NCBI GenBank assembly: GCA_964556255.1
Contig: CAZKVQ010000008.1
Location: 1,798-65,797, forward strand
DNA length: 64,000 nucleotides
DNA from: an uncultured Actinomycetes bacterium
GTDB taxonomy: Bacteria > Actinomycetota > Actinomycetes > S36-B12 > UBA10799
Direction of reading: 5' to 3'
Positions 17,760 to 28,097 of the stretch are shown here, in pieces. How positions within the stretch are numbered: position 1 is the stretch's first letter; every line of letters starts with the position of its first letter. The notes below the pieces were generated by a model. That model had not been told where the DNA came from, did no database searches, and saw nothing but the letters and a program-made list of their open reading frames with translations. Both the position numbers and the translations under genes were made by a program.

Positions 17760-19342
17760 GCACAAAGAGCAAGCCCGCCGTCGGAACCATCACCCTGGTT
17801 GCTGCCGGTCCCGGAGATCCTGAACTTCTCACCCTGCGGGCGGTTTCCGCCCTCGGGCGAGCCGATGTCGTGCTGGCCGACGCTGACGCGCTGGCCATCG
17901 CGGAGAGGTTTGCCCCGCAGGCCGAGATCGAGCCCGTGATAGACGCCAACGGGCTGCCGCTCACCCGGAACGCCCGGGCGAAGAAGGCGATCTCGGCCGC
18001 CCGCAAGGGAGCGACCGTCGTGCGCCTCATGGCAGGTGATCCGGTACTGGACGGCGCCCTGTCCGAGGAGGGCGAAGTACTGCATCGGGGCGAAGTGCGC
18101 TTCGAAGTTGTCCCGGGCGCGTCCACTTTCTCTGGTGTGGCGGCATTCGCCGGGTTCGGCCTGACCGGAAAGAAGCACGGAGAGATCGTGCTGTTCACCG
18201 AGCTCGGTTCCGGACCGCTGCCGGCACAGGACCCGAAGACCACCTTGGTGTTCCTCTCGGGTGCCGACGAGGCCCCGGCCATAGCCGCAGAATTGATGGA
18301 TGCCGGATATGCCGCCACCACCCCCATCGGGGTCACCCGGGCAGGTTCCACCGTCGACCAGCGCACCCTGGTATCAACCCTGGGTGAGGTGACCAAGGCG
18401 GCGAAGGCGGCCAAGCTCGCCGGGCCCGGGACGGTGGTCGTGGGCGATGCCGTTTCGGCCAGGGACTCCCTGAACTGGTTCGAGACCAAACCGCTCTTCG
18501 GCTGGCGGGTGCTGATCCCACGTACCCGCGAGCAGGCCGGTGCCGTGACCGCGCAATTGGTGCCCTACGGAGCGGTCGGGGTCGAGGTGCCCACCATCAG
18601 CGTCGAACCGCCGCGCACCCCCCAGCAGATGGAGAAGGCCATCCAGGGGGTCGTCACCGGCAAGTACCAGTGGATCGTGTTCACCTCGTCCAACGCCGTG
18701 CGCGCCGTCCGGGAGCGCCTGGAGGACTACGGCTTGGATGCCCGCGCGTTGGCCGGCATCAAGTTGGCGGCTGTAGGGGACAAGACGGCCGACGCCCTGC
18801 GAGAGTTCGGAGCGCAGCCGGAGCTGGTACCCACCGGCGAGCAGTCCAGCGCCGGGTTGGTGGCCGAATGGCCATCCTTCGACTCCTCGATAGACCCCAT
18901 CAATCGGGTCTTCCTGCCCCGCGCCGACATCGCCACCGAGATCCTGGTCGAGGGACTGACCGAGCGGGGATGGGAAGTCGACGACATCACGGCGTATCGA
19001 ACTGTTCGGGCGGCCCCACCGGCGGCCGAAACCCGCGAGGCGATCAAGACCGGCGGGTTCGATGCGGTGCTCTTCACCTCGTCGAGCACCGTACGCAACC
19101 TTGTCGGCATTGCTGGCAAGCCCCACGCGACCACCGTCGTCGCCTGCATCGGTCCGGCCACCGCAAAGACCGCCGAGGAGCACGGCCTGCGGGTGGACGT
19201 CCTGGCTAGCGATCCGAAGATCGAGGTGCTGGTCACCGAGCTCGCGCAGTTCGGCGAGCAGTTGCGACTGAAGGCCGCCGAGAACGGCGACACCTCCTGG
19301 CGTCCCAGCCGCAAGCGGGCATCCCGGCGCCGCTCCTCATGA
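17756..19342 (+). CDS. hemD: Bifunctional uroporphyrinogen-III C-methyltransferase / uroporphyrinogen-III synthase
   Basis: The N-terminal half is a tetrapyrrole methylase (AAGPGDPELLTLRA) and the C-terminal half is HemD-like. GTG 17756 overlaps the hemC stop codon. Confidence 0.88.
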   Translation: MSTKSKPAVGTITLVAAGPGDPELLTLRAVSALGRADVVLADADALAIAERFAPQAEIEPVIDANGLPLTRNARAKKAISAARKGATVVRLMAGDPVLDGALSEEGEVLHRGEVRFEVVPGASTFSGVAAFAGFGLTGKKHGEIVLFTELGSGPLPAQDPKTTLVFLSGADEAPAIAAELMDAGYAATTPIGVTRAGSTVDQRTLVSTLGEVTKAAKAAKLAGPGTVVVGDAVSARDSLNWFETKPLFGWRVLIPRTREQAGAVTAQLVPYGAVGVEVPTISVEPPRTPQQMEKAIQGVVTGKYQWIVFTSSNAVRAVRERLEDYGLDARALAGIKLAAVGDKTADALREFGAQPELVPTGEQSSAGLVAEWPSFDSSIDPINRVFLPRADIATEILVEGLTERGWEVDDITAYRTVRAAPPAAETREAIKTGGFDAVLFTSSSTVRNLVGIAGKPHATTVVACIGPATAKTAEEHGLRVDVLASDPKIEVLVTELAQFGEQLRLKAAENGDTSWRPSRKRASRRRSS

Positions 19343-20316
19343 TCGCGGCGCGGCCCCGACGCCTGCGCGGCACGGCCGCGATGCGCAGGCTCGTGGCGGA
19401 GACCGAACTCTGCGGCCGCCAGTTGATCCAACCGCTGTTCCACAGGGAGGGGCTGGACTCGCCACGGCCGGTGGGTGCCATGCCCGGGGTGTCGCAACTC
19501 GACATCGATTCGCTGCGACGGGCCGCAGCGGAAGCCGTGGCTGCCGGAGTGGGCGGCCTCATGCTGTTCGCCGTCCCGCTCCACCGCGACGCGACCGGTT
19601 CGAGTGCGTTGGATCCGGAGGGGGCGCTGAGCCGTGCGGTTGCCGAGGTGGTCGCGGAGGTGGGCGGGGACACCGTGGTGATGGCCGACCTCTGTCTGGA
19701 CGAATTCACCGACCACGGTCACTGCGGGGTGCTCGATGACCGGGGCAATGTGGACAACGACGCCACCGTGGACCTCTATGCGCAGATGGCAGTCGTGCTT
19801 GCCGACGCAGGTGCCAACGTTGTCGCACCCAGCGGCATGATGGATGGCCAGGTGGGGGCCATCCGCACATCGCTGGAGGACGCCGGTCACCTCGATGTCG
19901 CGGTGCTGGCCTACGCCGCCAAGTACTCCTCGGCCTTCTACGGGCCCTTTCGAGAGGCGGTCGACAGCACGCTGGTCGGTGACCGCCGCAGTTACCAGCA
20001 GGACCCGGCCAACCGACGTGAAGCGGCCCGCGAGATCGCGCTGGACATCGCCGAGGGCGCGGACATGGTGATGGTCAAGCCCGCACTGGCCTACCTGGAC
20101 GTGATTGCCGATGCCGCTCGCACGGTGACGGTGCCGCTGCTCGCCTACCAGGTCTCCGGCGAAATGGCCATGGTGGAGGCGGCCGCCGCGGCGGGGATGC
20201 TCGACCGCGACGCCGTCATCGAAGAGACCCTGCTGTCGATCAGACGGGCAGGCGCGGACGGCATACTCACGTATTGGGCCGCCGAAGCGGCGGCCAAGTT
20301 GGGAGGTGGCACGTGA
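19339..20316 (+). CDS. hemB: Porphobilinogen synthase (delta-aminolevulinate dehydratase)
   Basis: RRLR...LIQPLF, the active-site Lys region [12 protein letters not shown], and YQVSGEYAM-like [13 protein letters not shown] overlap with the upstream gene. Confidence 0.93.
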   Translation: MIAARPRRLRGTAAMRRLVAETELCGRQLIQPLFHREGLDSPRPVGAMPGVSQLDIDSLRRAAAEAVAAGVGGLMLFAVPLHRDATGSSALDPEGALSRAVAEVVAEVGGDTVVMADLCLDEFTDHGHCGVLDDRGNVDNDATVDLYAQMAVVLADAGANVVAPSGMMDGQVGAIRTSLEDAGHLDVAVLAYAAKYSSAFYGPFREAVDSTLVGDRRSYQQDPANRREAAREIALDIAEGADMVMVKPALAYLDVIADAARTVTVPLLAYQVSGEMAMVEAAAAAGMLDRDAVIEETLLSIRRAGADGILTYWAAEAAAKLGGGT

Positions 20317-21629
20317 ACATCCACCGCGATGACGAGATCTCCCGATCGTGGTTCGCCCGAGCGCAGGAGGTCATCCCGGGCGGGGTCAATTCCCCGGTGC
20401 GGGCCTTCCATGCGGTGGGCGGCACCCCGCTGTTCTTCGTTTCCGGTCGTGGCGCGGAAGTCGTCGATGCCGACGGCAATTCCTACGTCGACCTCGTGTG
20501 TTCCTGGGGCCCGATGATCCTCGGTCACAGCCACCCCGAAGTGCGCGAGGCCGTCGAAGCGGCCGTCGCGCGCGGGTTCTCCTTCGGCGCCCCCAGCATG
20601 GCCGAGGTGCTGCTCGCGGAGGAGATCTGCTCAAGGGTCGAGCCGGTGGAGTCGGTGCGGCTGGTGAGTTCGGGCACCGAGGCAACGATGAGCGCTATCC
20701 GGGTTGCCCGCGGCTTTACCGGACGCAACAAGATCGTCAAGTTCGCCGGCTGCTACCACGGCCACTCGGATGCCCTGCTTGCCGAGGCCGGTTCCGGGAT
20801 AGCCACGTTCGCGCTGCCCGGTTCGGCCGGCGTGACCGCTGGCGCGGCCGGTGACACCATCGTGCTGCCCTACAACGACCCCGACGCACTCCGGGCGGCC
20901 TTCGCCGCCCACCCCGGTGAGATCGCGGCCGTCATCACCGAGGCTGTGCCGGCCAACATGGGGGTGGTGCCGCCAGCGGCAGGATTCGACACTCTGATCT
21001 CGGCCACGGCTCACGCAGACGGCGCGCTGGTGATCTCAGACGCGGTGATGACCGGCTTCCGGGTGTCCCGATCCGGCTGGTACGGCATCGCGGGCCCCGA
21101 CGGACAGGACACCGCCGACCTGTTCACCTTCGGCAAGGTCATCGGTGGCGGGCTGCCGGTGGCGGCCTTCGGAGGACGAGCAGAGGTGATGGCGGTGCTG
21201 GCGCCGGCAGGGCCGGTTTACCAGGCCGGCACGCTGTCGGGCAATCCAGTTGCCTCGGCCTGCGGCCTCGCGACCCTGCAGAACTGCACCGAGGCGGTGT
21301 ATACCGACCTGAACCATGTTTCCCGCGCGATCGGCGACCTCGCTACCGAGGCACTGTCCGCGGCCGGGGTCCCGCACCGGCTGCAGCGGGCCGGGAACCT
21401 CTTCAGCATCTTCTTCGTCGATTCCGATGTCCGCGACTACGACCAGGCCAGAACCCAGGACACGGCTGCGTACGCCCGGTTCTTCCATGCGATGCTTGAC
21501 CACGGCGTCTCGCTGCCACCCTCGGCCTACGAGGCCTGGTTCGTCAGCGCTGCGCACGACGAGGATTCGCTGGAGCGGATCGCTGCCGCCCTGCCGGCCG
21601 CTGCTGAGGCAGCGGCCCGCGTCGACTGA
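20313..21629 (+). CDS. hemL: Glutamate-1-semialdehyde 2,1-aminomutase
   Basis: [12 protein letters not shown] and the PLP-Lys motif [13 protein letters not shown] 20313 overlaps the hemB stop codon. Confidence 0.93.
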   Translation: MNIHRDDEISRSWFARAQEVIPGGVNSPVRAFHAVGGTPLFFVSGRGAEVVDADGNSYVDLVCSWGPMILGHSHPEVREAVEAAVARGFSFGAPSMAEVLLAEEICSRVEPVESVRLVSSGTEATMSAIRVARGFTGRNKIVKFAGCYHGHSDALLAEAGSGIATFALPGSAGVTAGAAGDTIVLPYNDPDALRAAFAAHPGEIAAVITEAVPANMGVVPPAAGFDTLISATAHADGALVISDAVMTGFRVSRSGWYGIAGPDGQDTADLFTFGKVIGGGLPVAAFGGRAEVMAVLAPAGPVYQAGTLSGNPVASACGLATLQNCTEAVYTDLNHVSRAIGDLATEALSAAGVPHRLQRAGNLFSIFFVDSDVRDYDQARTQDTAAYARFFHAMLDHGVSLPPSAYEAWFVSAAHDEDSLERIAAALPAAAEAAARVD

Positions 21630-21641
21630 GGAGGAGGGGCC

Positions 21642-22280
21642 GTGAGTCGCACCATCGTGCACATGCTGCGCCACGGTGAGGTCTACAACCCCGACAAGGT
21701 GCTCTACGGCCGGCTGCCCGGGTTCAACCTGTCCGACCTCGGGCGCGAAATGGCGGAACGCGCCGCGCTGGCATTGCAGGGGCGCGACGTCGTGGTGATC
21801 TGGTCCTCTCCCATGGAGCGTGCGCAGGAGACGGCCGCGCCCATCGCTGCGAGCCATGAATTGCCCGTCGAGCTCGACGACCGGCTGCTGGAAGCCACGA
21901 ACGTGTTCGAGGGGCAGCGGGTGTCCGTCGGTGACGGCGTTCTACGCAACCCTCGGGTGTGGCCCCACCTTCGCAACCCGTTCAAGCCGAGCTGGGGCGA
22001 GCCGTACCGCGAAGTGGCCGCCCGGATGTCCGCCGCCGTGGAGAACGCCCGGGTGCTGGCAGAAGGCCACGAGGCGGTGCTGGTAAGCCACCAATTGCCG
22101 ATCTGGATCACGCGGCTGTACCTGGAGGGCCGTCGATTCGTGCACAACCCCGCCAATAGGCAGTGTTCGTTGGCCTCTCTCACCTCGTTGGTCTACGAGG
22201 GACACGAGCTCGAGGCGGTGCTGTACAGCGAGCCATCCGCGGACCTGTTGGAGCAGAGCACGAAGGGTGTTGGCGCTTAA
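21642..22280 (+). CDS. Histidine phosphatase (phosphoglycerate mutase) family protein
   Basis: RHG catalytic motif (MLRHGEVYNP), a second His (VSHQLPI), and conserved position after hemL. Confidence 0.8.
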   Translation: MSRTIVHMLRHGEVYNPDKVLYGRLPGFNLSDLGREMAERAALALQGRDVVVIWSSPMERAQETAAPIAASHELPVELDDRLLEATNVFEGQRVSVGDGVLRNPRVWPHLRNPFKPSWGEPYREVAARMSAAVENARVLAEGHEAVLVSHQLPIWITRLYLEGRRFVHNPANRQCSLASLTSLVYEGHELEAVLYSEPSADLLEQSTKGVGA

Positions 22281-22283
22281 CCC

Positions 22284-22883
22284 GTGTACGCCACCAGGAG
22301 GACCACCGTTTCGGTCGTAGGCGCCGCGCTGCTCGCAGGCGTGGCGCTGGCCGGTTGTGGTTCGAGCCAGGCCGCCTCAGAGGCGAAGCCCGCAGCGGGT
22401 GCCGGATACGTCGCGGGGGACGGCTCAGCGGTGATCCTCACCGACGCCGAGCGCAAGCCGGCCCCGGACTTGCAGGGGACCACGCTGGACGGTAAGCCGT
22501 GGTCGTTGGCCGACCAGAAGGGCCACGTCACGGCGATCAACGTGTGGGCATCGTGGTGCGCGCCCTGTCGGGCCGAAGCGCCGACGCTGGAGCGCACCTA
22601 CAAGAAGATGGCGCCCCAGGGTGTCCGCTTCGTGGGCATCGACACCCGTGATTCGGAGACCGCCGCGAAGGAGTTCGTCGCCAAATACGGCATCACCTAC
22701 CCGAACCTGCCGGACCCCGATGGCCAGCTGCAGTTGGCCTTCCGCGACACCCTGCCGCCGCAGTCCATCCCGTCGACCATCTTCATCGACGCCCAAGGCC
22801 GGGTCGCTGCCCGCATCCTCGGCCGGGTGGACGAAACGAGGCTGACCGGAATCCTCGACACCCTGGTGAAGGAGTCCCAGTGA
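22284..22883 (+). CDS. TlpA/ResA-like thiol:disulfide oxidoreductase lipoprotein
   Basis: Lipobox LAGC after a signal peptide, plus the thioredoxin motif WASWCAPC. Confidence 0.88.
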   Translation: MYATRRTTVSVVGAALLAGVALAGCGSSQAASEAKPAAGAGYVAGDGSAVILTDAERKPAPDLQGTTLDGKPWSLADQKGHVTAINVWASWCAPCRAEAPTLERTYKKMAPQGVRFVGIDTRDSETAAKEFVAKYGITYPNLPDPDGQLQLAFRDTLPPQSIPSTIFIDAQGRVAARILGRVDETRLTGILDTLVKESQ

Positions 22884-23755
22884 TCCCGCTGGCGACGGCG
22901 GACACTGTCGCCCAGGGGTCGCTGCTGCTCGCCCTTCCCATCGCGGCCGCCGCTGGTCTGGTGTCGTTCCTGTCGCCATGCGTGCTGCCACTGGTACCCG
23001 GCTACCTGTCGTACATCACCGGCCTGACGGGGGCAGAACTCGGAATGACTGCACCGTCCGAGGCCGCCGCCGCGCCGCCCAGTCGCGTCCGCACCGAGGG
23101 CGGCCGTGGCGATTCCGCCGTCGACACCGCCGTGTCCACCTCCGTGGCGGTCGAGCCGGGGGCCACCCCAACCGGACGCTCCTCCCGAGTGCTCATCGGC
23201 ACGCTGGGCTTCATCGCCGGCTTCACGGTCGTATTCATGTCCTATGGGGCCCTGTTCGGCGCCCTCGGCGACCTGCTGCTGGAGTATCAGGACGTGATCA
23301 CCCGCGTGATGGGCGTGCTCGTGATCATCCTCGGCCTCGGTTTCATGGGTTGGCTACCAGGGCTGCAGCGGGAGTACCGGTTCCACCGGGCACCGGTCAT
23401 CGGGCTCTGGGGGGCGCCGCTGCTGGGCGCGCTGTTCGGGATCGGCTGGACACCGTGCATCGGTCCGACGCTCGCGGCCGTGCAGACACTGGCGTTCACC
23501 GAGGCGTCGGCGCTCCGCGGCGCATTGTTGTCGTTGGCCTACTGCGTTGGGTTGGGGGTTCCCTTCATCCTGATCGGGTTGGCCTTCCGCCGACTCGCGG
23601 GCACCCTCAGCTGGGTCAAGTCGCACTATGCGCTGGTGATGCGAATCGGCGGCGGTCTGCTCATCGTGATCGGCGTGCTGCTGGTCACCGGGGTGTGGAA
23701 CGACCTCACCATCGAGATGCGCACCTGGACCGGATCCTTCGAGGTGCCGCTGTGA
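22880..23755 (+). CDS. ccdA: Cytochrome c biogenesis thiol-reductant transporter CcdA
   Basis: DsbD-like membrane protein with the two conserved Cys motifs LSPCVLPLVPGYL and GWTPCIGPTL. Confidence 0.9.
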   Translation: MIPLATADTVAQGSLLLALPIAAAAGLVSFLSPCVLPLVPGYLSYITGLTGAELGMTAPSEAAAAPPSRVRTEGGRGDSAVDTAVSTSVAVEPGATPTGRSSRVLIGTLGFIAGFTVVFMSYGALFGALGDLLLEYQDVITRVMGVLVIILGLGFMGWLPGLQREYRFHRAPVIGLWGAPLLGALFGIGWTPCIGPTLAAVQTLAFTEASALRGALLSLAYCVGLGVPFILIGLAFRRLAGTLSWVKSHYALVMRIGGGLLIVIGVLLVTGVWNDLTIEMRTWTGSFEVPL

Positions 23756-25344
23756 GCGCCGGCGGCACGACGATCGCTCCCCCCGAGGACACCCGCGGAC
23801 CCGATCCTAGGCCCCCGGCGAAGTTCGGCCCTCGCGGCTGGGGTCGGTGGTTCTGGCGTCAGCTGACCAGTATGCGGGTGGCCCTGATCCTGCTGTTCCT
23901 ACTGGCGCTCGCCAGCGTTCCGGGTTCGCTCTTCCCGCAGCGGGGGTCCAACCCGATCGCGGTGGATGATTACTTCACCAACCACCCGGCATTGGCCCCC
24001 TGGCTCGACCGCTTCTCCCTGTTCGACGTGTTCGCGGCGCCGTGGTTCGCGGCCATCTACCTGCTGTTGTGTGTCTCGCTCACCGGGTGCATCGTTCCCC
24101 GCACTATCGACCAGGTTCGTGCCCTGCGGCGTCGGCCGCCAGCGGCGCCGTCCCGGCTTGAGCGGATGCAGGGGCTGCATCGAGGTACCGCCGTCGGTTC
24201 GGCTGAGGAATCGATTGCCGAGGCGGAGAAATGGTTGCGGGCCAAGAGGTGGCGGGTCCGGGTCTCCGACGATCCCGTCGACCCGTGGGTTTCGGCGGAG
24301 AAGGGCTACTGGCGGGAGACCGGGAACCTGGTCTTCCACCTGTCGATGCTGGTTCTGCTCGCGGGCCTCGGGATAGGCAGTATGTTCGGCTGGCGTGGCC
24401 AGGTGATCGTGAAGGAGGGTCAGGGCTTCTCCAACACGCTCACCCAGTACGACACCTTCTCCGCCGGTCGACTGGTGAACAAGCAGGACCTGCCACCCTT
24501 CACGGTCAAGGTGGACGACTTCTGGGCGGTGTTCCAACGAGGTGGTGACCAGAACGGGGCGCCGCGGCAGTACTCGGCGGCGGTAAGTTACCGCTCCGCA
24601 CCTGGCCAACCCGAGGACCGGGGTCGGATCGAGGTCAACTCGCCCCTGGTGATCGACGGGGCAAAGGTCTTCTTGCAAGGTCATGGCTACGCACCGCACG
24701 TGATCGTCCGCGATGCCGCCGGCAAGGTGATCTTCGACGACTCCGTGGTGTTCCTGCCGCGCGACAAGCAGTTCACCTCCACCGGGGTGGTCAAGGTGCC
24801 GGATGCTGATCCGGAATTGGGCTTCCAGGGAATCTTCCTGCCCACGGCCACGATCGACATGAGTCGCGGTCCGGTGTCGGTGTTCCCCGCCCAGGATGCG
24901 CCGGCGCTGTTCATGTCGGCCTGGCAGGGGGACCTGGGCTTGGACTCCGGCAAGCCGCAGTCGGTATTCCGACTCGACACCTCCAAGATGACCAAGATTG
25001 GACTGGAATCGCTTCGGCCGGGACAGACCTGGCAGTTACCGGACAAGGCGGGCAGCATCGAGTTCGTGAAGGCCGACGAGTGGGTCTCGTTCAACGTCTC
25101 GAAGGATCCGGGCAAGGAACTGGCCCTCGGTGCCGGTCTGGCGGCTATCTTCGGATTGCTGCTTTCGTTGTTCGTGCGGCGACGTCGGGTGTGGGTGCGC
25201 GCAGGAGCCGACCAGGCAGGCCGTACGCTCGTCACGGTGGCGGGCCTGTCACGCACCGAGAACGCCGCCGTCGACCGCGATACCGCCGAGCTCGCCGACG
25301 CGTTGCACCTGAACCAGGACGACCCGCAAGGAGGACGATCGTGA
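23752..25344 (+). CDS. resB: Cytochrome c biogenesis protein ResB (System II)
   Basis: ResB-family pattern (WRQLTSMRVALILL, a large extracytoplasmic domain and a C-terminal TM). Start at GTG 23752 overlaps the ccdA stop codon. The track ORF's 5' extension from 22978 overlaps ccdA in another frame. Confidence 0.88.
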   Translation: MSAGGTTIAPPEDTRGPDPRPPAKFGPRGWGRWFWRQLTSMRVALILLFLLALASVPGSLFPQRGSNPIAVDDYFTNHPALAPWLDRFSLFDVFAAPWFAAIYLLLCVSLTGCIVPRTIDQVRALRRRPPAAPSRLERMQGLHRGTAVGSAEESIAEAEKWLRAKRWRVRVSDDPVDPWVSAEKGYWRETGNLVFHLSMLVLLAGLGIGSMFGWRGQVIVKEGQGFSNTLTQYDTFSAGRLVNKQDLPPFTVKVDDFWAVFQRGGDQNGAPRQYSAAVSYRSAPGQPEDRGRIEVNSPLVIDGAKVFLQGHGYAPHVIVRDAAGKVIFDDSVVFLPRDKQFTSTGVVKVPDADPELGFQGIFLPTATIDMSRGPVSVFPAQDAPALFMSAWQGDLGLDSGKPQSVFRLDTSKMTKIGLESLRPGQTWQLPDKAGSIEFVKADEWVSFNVSKDPGKELALGAGLAAIFGLLLSLFVRRRRVWVRAGADQAGRTLVTVAGLSRTENAAVDRDTAELADALHLNQDDPQGGRS

Positions 25345-26309
25345 ACGCTGGACTTGCCTCACTGTCCAATCAGTTCGTGTATGCGGCGATGACCACCTTC
25401 ACCCTCGCCTTCATCAGTTTCGCGGTCTCGCTGGCCGCCACGCGGGGGCGCAGCACCCCGGCTCGTGCCCGAGTCCCGGTAGCCGTGGGCGTCGGGGCCG
25501 ACGGTCCACCACCCACCGCAGTGGCGGACTCGCCGGCCGAACCCCTGGCACCCGGACGACGTTCCGGCAACATCGCGATGGCGCTGACGTGGCTGAGCAC
25601 CGGCCTGTTGCTGATCGGGGTCGTTCTGCGTGGCCTGTCGGCGAGTCGGGTGCCGTGGGGCAACATGTACGAGTTCTCGATCACGGCGGCGCTCGCGGTC
25701 GCGATCGTCTTCCTGCTGGCGTCGCTCCGCAACGACCTGCGCTGGCTCGGGGTGTTCATCACCGGCCTGGTGCTGCTGACCTTGGGCTTGGCCGTCACCG
25801 TGCTGTACACCGAATCGGCCCAACTGGTCCCGGCGCTGAAGAGCTGGTGGCTGGTCATCCACGTGTCCGCGGCCGTCATCTGCGCTGGTGGTTTCACCCT
25901 GTCCGCTTCGCTGTCGTCGCTGTACCTCGTCAGGGAGCGGGCCGAGCGTCGCGCGAACGGAGGTGTGGTGACCGGCTGGCTGAGTTCCCGGCTTCCCGAC
26001 GCGACCAAGTTGGACGGCCTCGCCTACCGAGTCACAGCGTTCGTGTTCCCGCTGTGGACGTTCGCCGTCATCGCCGGCGCCATCTGGGCGGAGAACGCCT
26101 GGGGTCGTTACTGGGGCTGGGACCCGAAGGAGACGTGGGCCTTCATCACCTGGGTGGTGTATGCCGGCTACCTGCATGCCAGGGCCACAGCGGGATGGAA
26201 GGGCCGTCGGGCGGCCTACATCGCGCTGCTGGGTTTCGCGGCCTTCCTGTTCAACTACTTCGGCGTGAATATCTTCATCACCGGTCTGCACTCCTACGCG
26301 GGCGTCTAG
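25341..26309 (+). CDS. ccsB: Cytochrome c-type biogenesis protein CcsB/ResC (heme handling)
   Basis: Trp-rich heme-handling motif WGRYWGWDPKETWA, conserved His residues and multiple TM helices. GTG 25341 overlaps the resB stop codon. Confidence 0.9.
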   Translation: MNAGLASLSNQFVYAAMTTFTLAFISFAVSLAATRGRSTPARARVPVAVGVGADGPPPTAVADSPAEPLAPGRRSGNIAMALTWLSTGLLLIGVVLRGLSASRVPWGNMYEFSITAALAVAIVFLLASLRNDLRWLGVFITGLVLLTLGLAVTVLYTESAQLVPALKSWWLVIHVSAAVICAGGFTLSASLSSLYLVRERAERRANGGVVTGWLSSRLPDATKLDGLAYRVTAFVFPLWTFAVIAGAIWAENAWGRYWGWDPKETWAFITWVVYAGYLHARATAGWKGRRAAYIALLGFAAFLFNYFGVNIFITGLHSYAGV

Positions 26310-26327
26310 TGCTCACCACCATGTGGG

Positions 26328-26343
26328 GGTTTGCTAGCAAACC
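26328..26343. repeat. Perfect 16-bp palindrome GGTTTGCTAGCAAACC between convergent genes
   Basis: Read directly from the sequence. It lies 19 nt after the ccsB stop codon and 51 nt before the stop codon of the convergent 26394-26702 gene, and is AT-rich relative to its surroundings. Confidence 0.8.
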
Positions 26344-26393
26344 AGCCAGGTGAGACAAGGACATAGTGTCGCCCAGCGGCATCCGCGGACTGA

Positions 26394-26702
26394 TTAGGAC
26401 GCTGTCGATCCGTCCTCGTCGACGCCCGGTTTTCGCTGCTGCTGTGCCCGCCACTGCAGGTCCTTCAGGAACTCGGCGTCGTCGTCGGGTCCTTGGCTGC
26501 GTGGAACCCGCCGGGTACGTCGCGGCCGGCCGAAGGCGAACCAGGCAATGGCGCCCACCAGCGGTAGCAGCAGAACCGCCACGGCCCACAGCCATTTGGG
26601 CCCGCGCAGAAACCGTTCGTCGTGCATCGACAGCACGTCGATGAACGCGTACACGGTGATCGCCAACGGAATGGCGAGGATCAACAGTCGGCCCACGCGC
26701 AC
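26394..26702 (-). CDS. Small membrane protein with a PLD-nuclease N-terminal-type (PLDc_N) domain
   Basis: Two TM helices and the pattern KWLWAVAVLLLPLVGAIAWFAFGR typical of PLDc_N small proteins. Confidence 0.6.
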   Translation of the reverse strand: MRVGRLLILAIPLAITVYAFIDVLSMHDERFLRGPKWLWAVAVLLLPLVGAIAWFAFGRPRRTRRVPRSQGPDDDAEFLKDLQWRAQQQRKPGVDEDGSTAS

Positions 26703-26753
26703 ACCCTACGGCGGCTTGCCCGGTTGCGAAAGCGGCGGCGTACCCTTGTCGTC

Positions 26754-27110
26754 GTGACCGACGACAAGAGCGCCGCGCCCGCCACCGAGCCCGTTGCAGT
26801 TGACCCCAGCGGGGAGACGACCGCCAGCGAGCACGAGCCCACCTCCACCGTTGTCTCCGGTCCCCGCCACGCAGGACTCTGGTACACCGGCGCCCGGATC
26901 GTTCTGCTGGCCGTCGTGGCAGGCATCCTGTACCTCGTCGGGGCACGTGGTTTCCTGCTCCTTCTGCTCGCCTTCCTCATTTCGGGCCTCATCTCGTTCG
27001 TGGTCCTGGCCAAGTGGCGGGAGGCACTTTCGGCCCGGTTGGCCGAGCGCTTCACGAAGATCAACGACAAGATCGAGAAGTCGAAGACCGCCGAGGACGA
27101 CCTGCTCTGA
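26754..27110 (+). CDS. DUF4229-like small membrane protein
   Basis: Two adjacent TM helices (IVLLAVVAGILYLV / LLLLLAFLISGLISFVVL) followed by a charged helix. Start set to GTG 26754; the track ORF starts at 26622. Confidence 0.5.
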   Translation: MTDDKSAAPATEPVAVDPSGETTASEHEPTSTVVSGPRHAGLWYTGARIVLLAVVAGILYLVGARGFLLLLLAFLISGLISFVVLAKWREALSARLAERFTKINDKIEKSKTAEDDLL

Positions 27111-27182
27111 GGTGCTGTCCGGGCTCAGCGTGGTCCCGAGGCTGCCCGGCCGGCCCCCGGCGCGGTTCTGAGTTCCTGACCG

Positions 27183-28097
27183 TCAGGGCGCGGAGAGGGT
27201 CAGCCCGATCGCGAAGAGCAGGCTGAACACCAGGTGTACCCGGGCCGTCGCCCCGAGGACGTTCACCAGCGCCGGACCTGTCGCGTGGTTGCGCACGGCG
27301 CGCGCCGGGGCCGCTGCCAACGGGACGATGATGATCGGCAGCGCGGCGAATTCGGGCCACGTGTCCGAGACCAAACCGGCGATCGTGAGTACCAGAGCGA
27401 TGACGAACGGTAGCCAGATCAGCGACAGGTACAGCACGCGGGTTCGTTGGTCACCGATGCGGGTGGCCAAGGTGCGCTTCCCCGCCGGCAGGTCGGTGTC
27501 GATGTCGCGCAGGTTATTCACCACGAGCAGGGCGCACGCCAGCATCCCCACCGGGACACCGGCCACCACCCCGAGCAGTGTGAGGCTGCCGATGAGCACC
27601 GCAGCTGTGCCGGCCACCGCGACCAGGCCGAAGAAGACGAACACGAACAGTTCACCGAGACCCGCGTAGCCGTAAGGTCGCGGGCCACCCGTGTAGAACC
27701 AGGCGGCCGCGACCGCTGCCAATCCGATCGGCAGCAGCCACCACAGCCCCGAGATCGCTACCAGGGCCAGACCGGCGGCACCAGCAACCGCGAAGCACAC
27801 GAAAGCTGCCCGCCGAACGAGATGCGGGGCCACCAACGAGGATCCGACCAGGCGCACGGGTCCGACCCTGGCCTCGTCGGTGCCGCGAACACCGTCGCTG
27901 TAGTCGTTGGCGTAGTTGACGCCGACCTGAAGCGCCAGGGCGACCACCAGGCATAGCCCGGCGATTAACAGATCGGTGGCGCGGTAGTCCCGAGTGCTCT
28001 GGAAGGCGGCGACCCCCGACCCGACCGCCACCGGGGCGATGGCTGCGGGAAGGGTCCTCGGGCGCGCCCCGGCCCACCACAGTTTCACGGCGGTCAT
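27183..28097 (-). CDS. menA: 1,4-dihydroxy-2-naphthoate polyprenyltransferase
   Basis: UbiA-family membrane prenyltransferase with the Asp-rich motif NYANDYSDGVRGTD and a second motif NNLRDIDTD. Confidence 0.9.
   Translation of the reverse strand: MTAVKLWWAGARPRTLPAAIAPVAVGSGVAAFQSTRDYRATDLLIAGLCLVVALALQVGVNYANDYSDGVRGTDEARVGPVRLVGSSLVAPHLVRRAAFVCFAVAGAAGLALVAISGLWWLLPIGLAAVAAAWFYTGGPRPYGYAGLGELFVFVFFGLVAVAGTAAVLIGSLTLLGVVAGVPVGMLACALLVVNNLRDIDTDLPAGKRTLATRIGDQRTRVLYLSLIWLPFVIALVLTIAGLVSDTWPEFAALPIIIVPLAAAPARAVRNHATGPALVNVLGATARVHLVFSLLFAIGLTLSAP

Noticed and set aside
22978-23751. 5' extension of the resB ORF, giving a 788-aa protein
   Set aside because: The extension overlaps ccdA in another frame and is Arg/His/Gly-rich. 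A GTG at 23752 overlapping the ccdA stop codon gives a normal ResB N-terminus.
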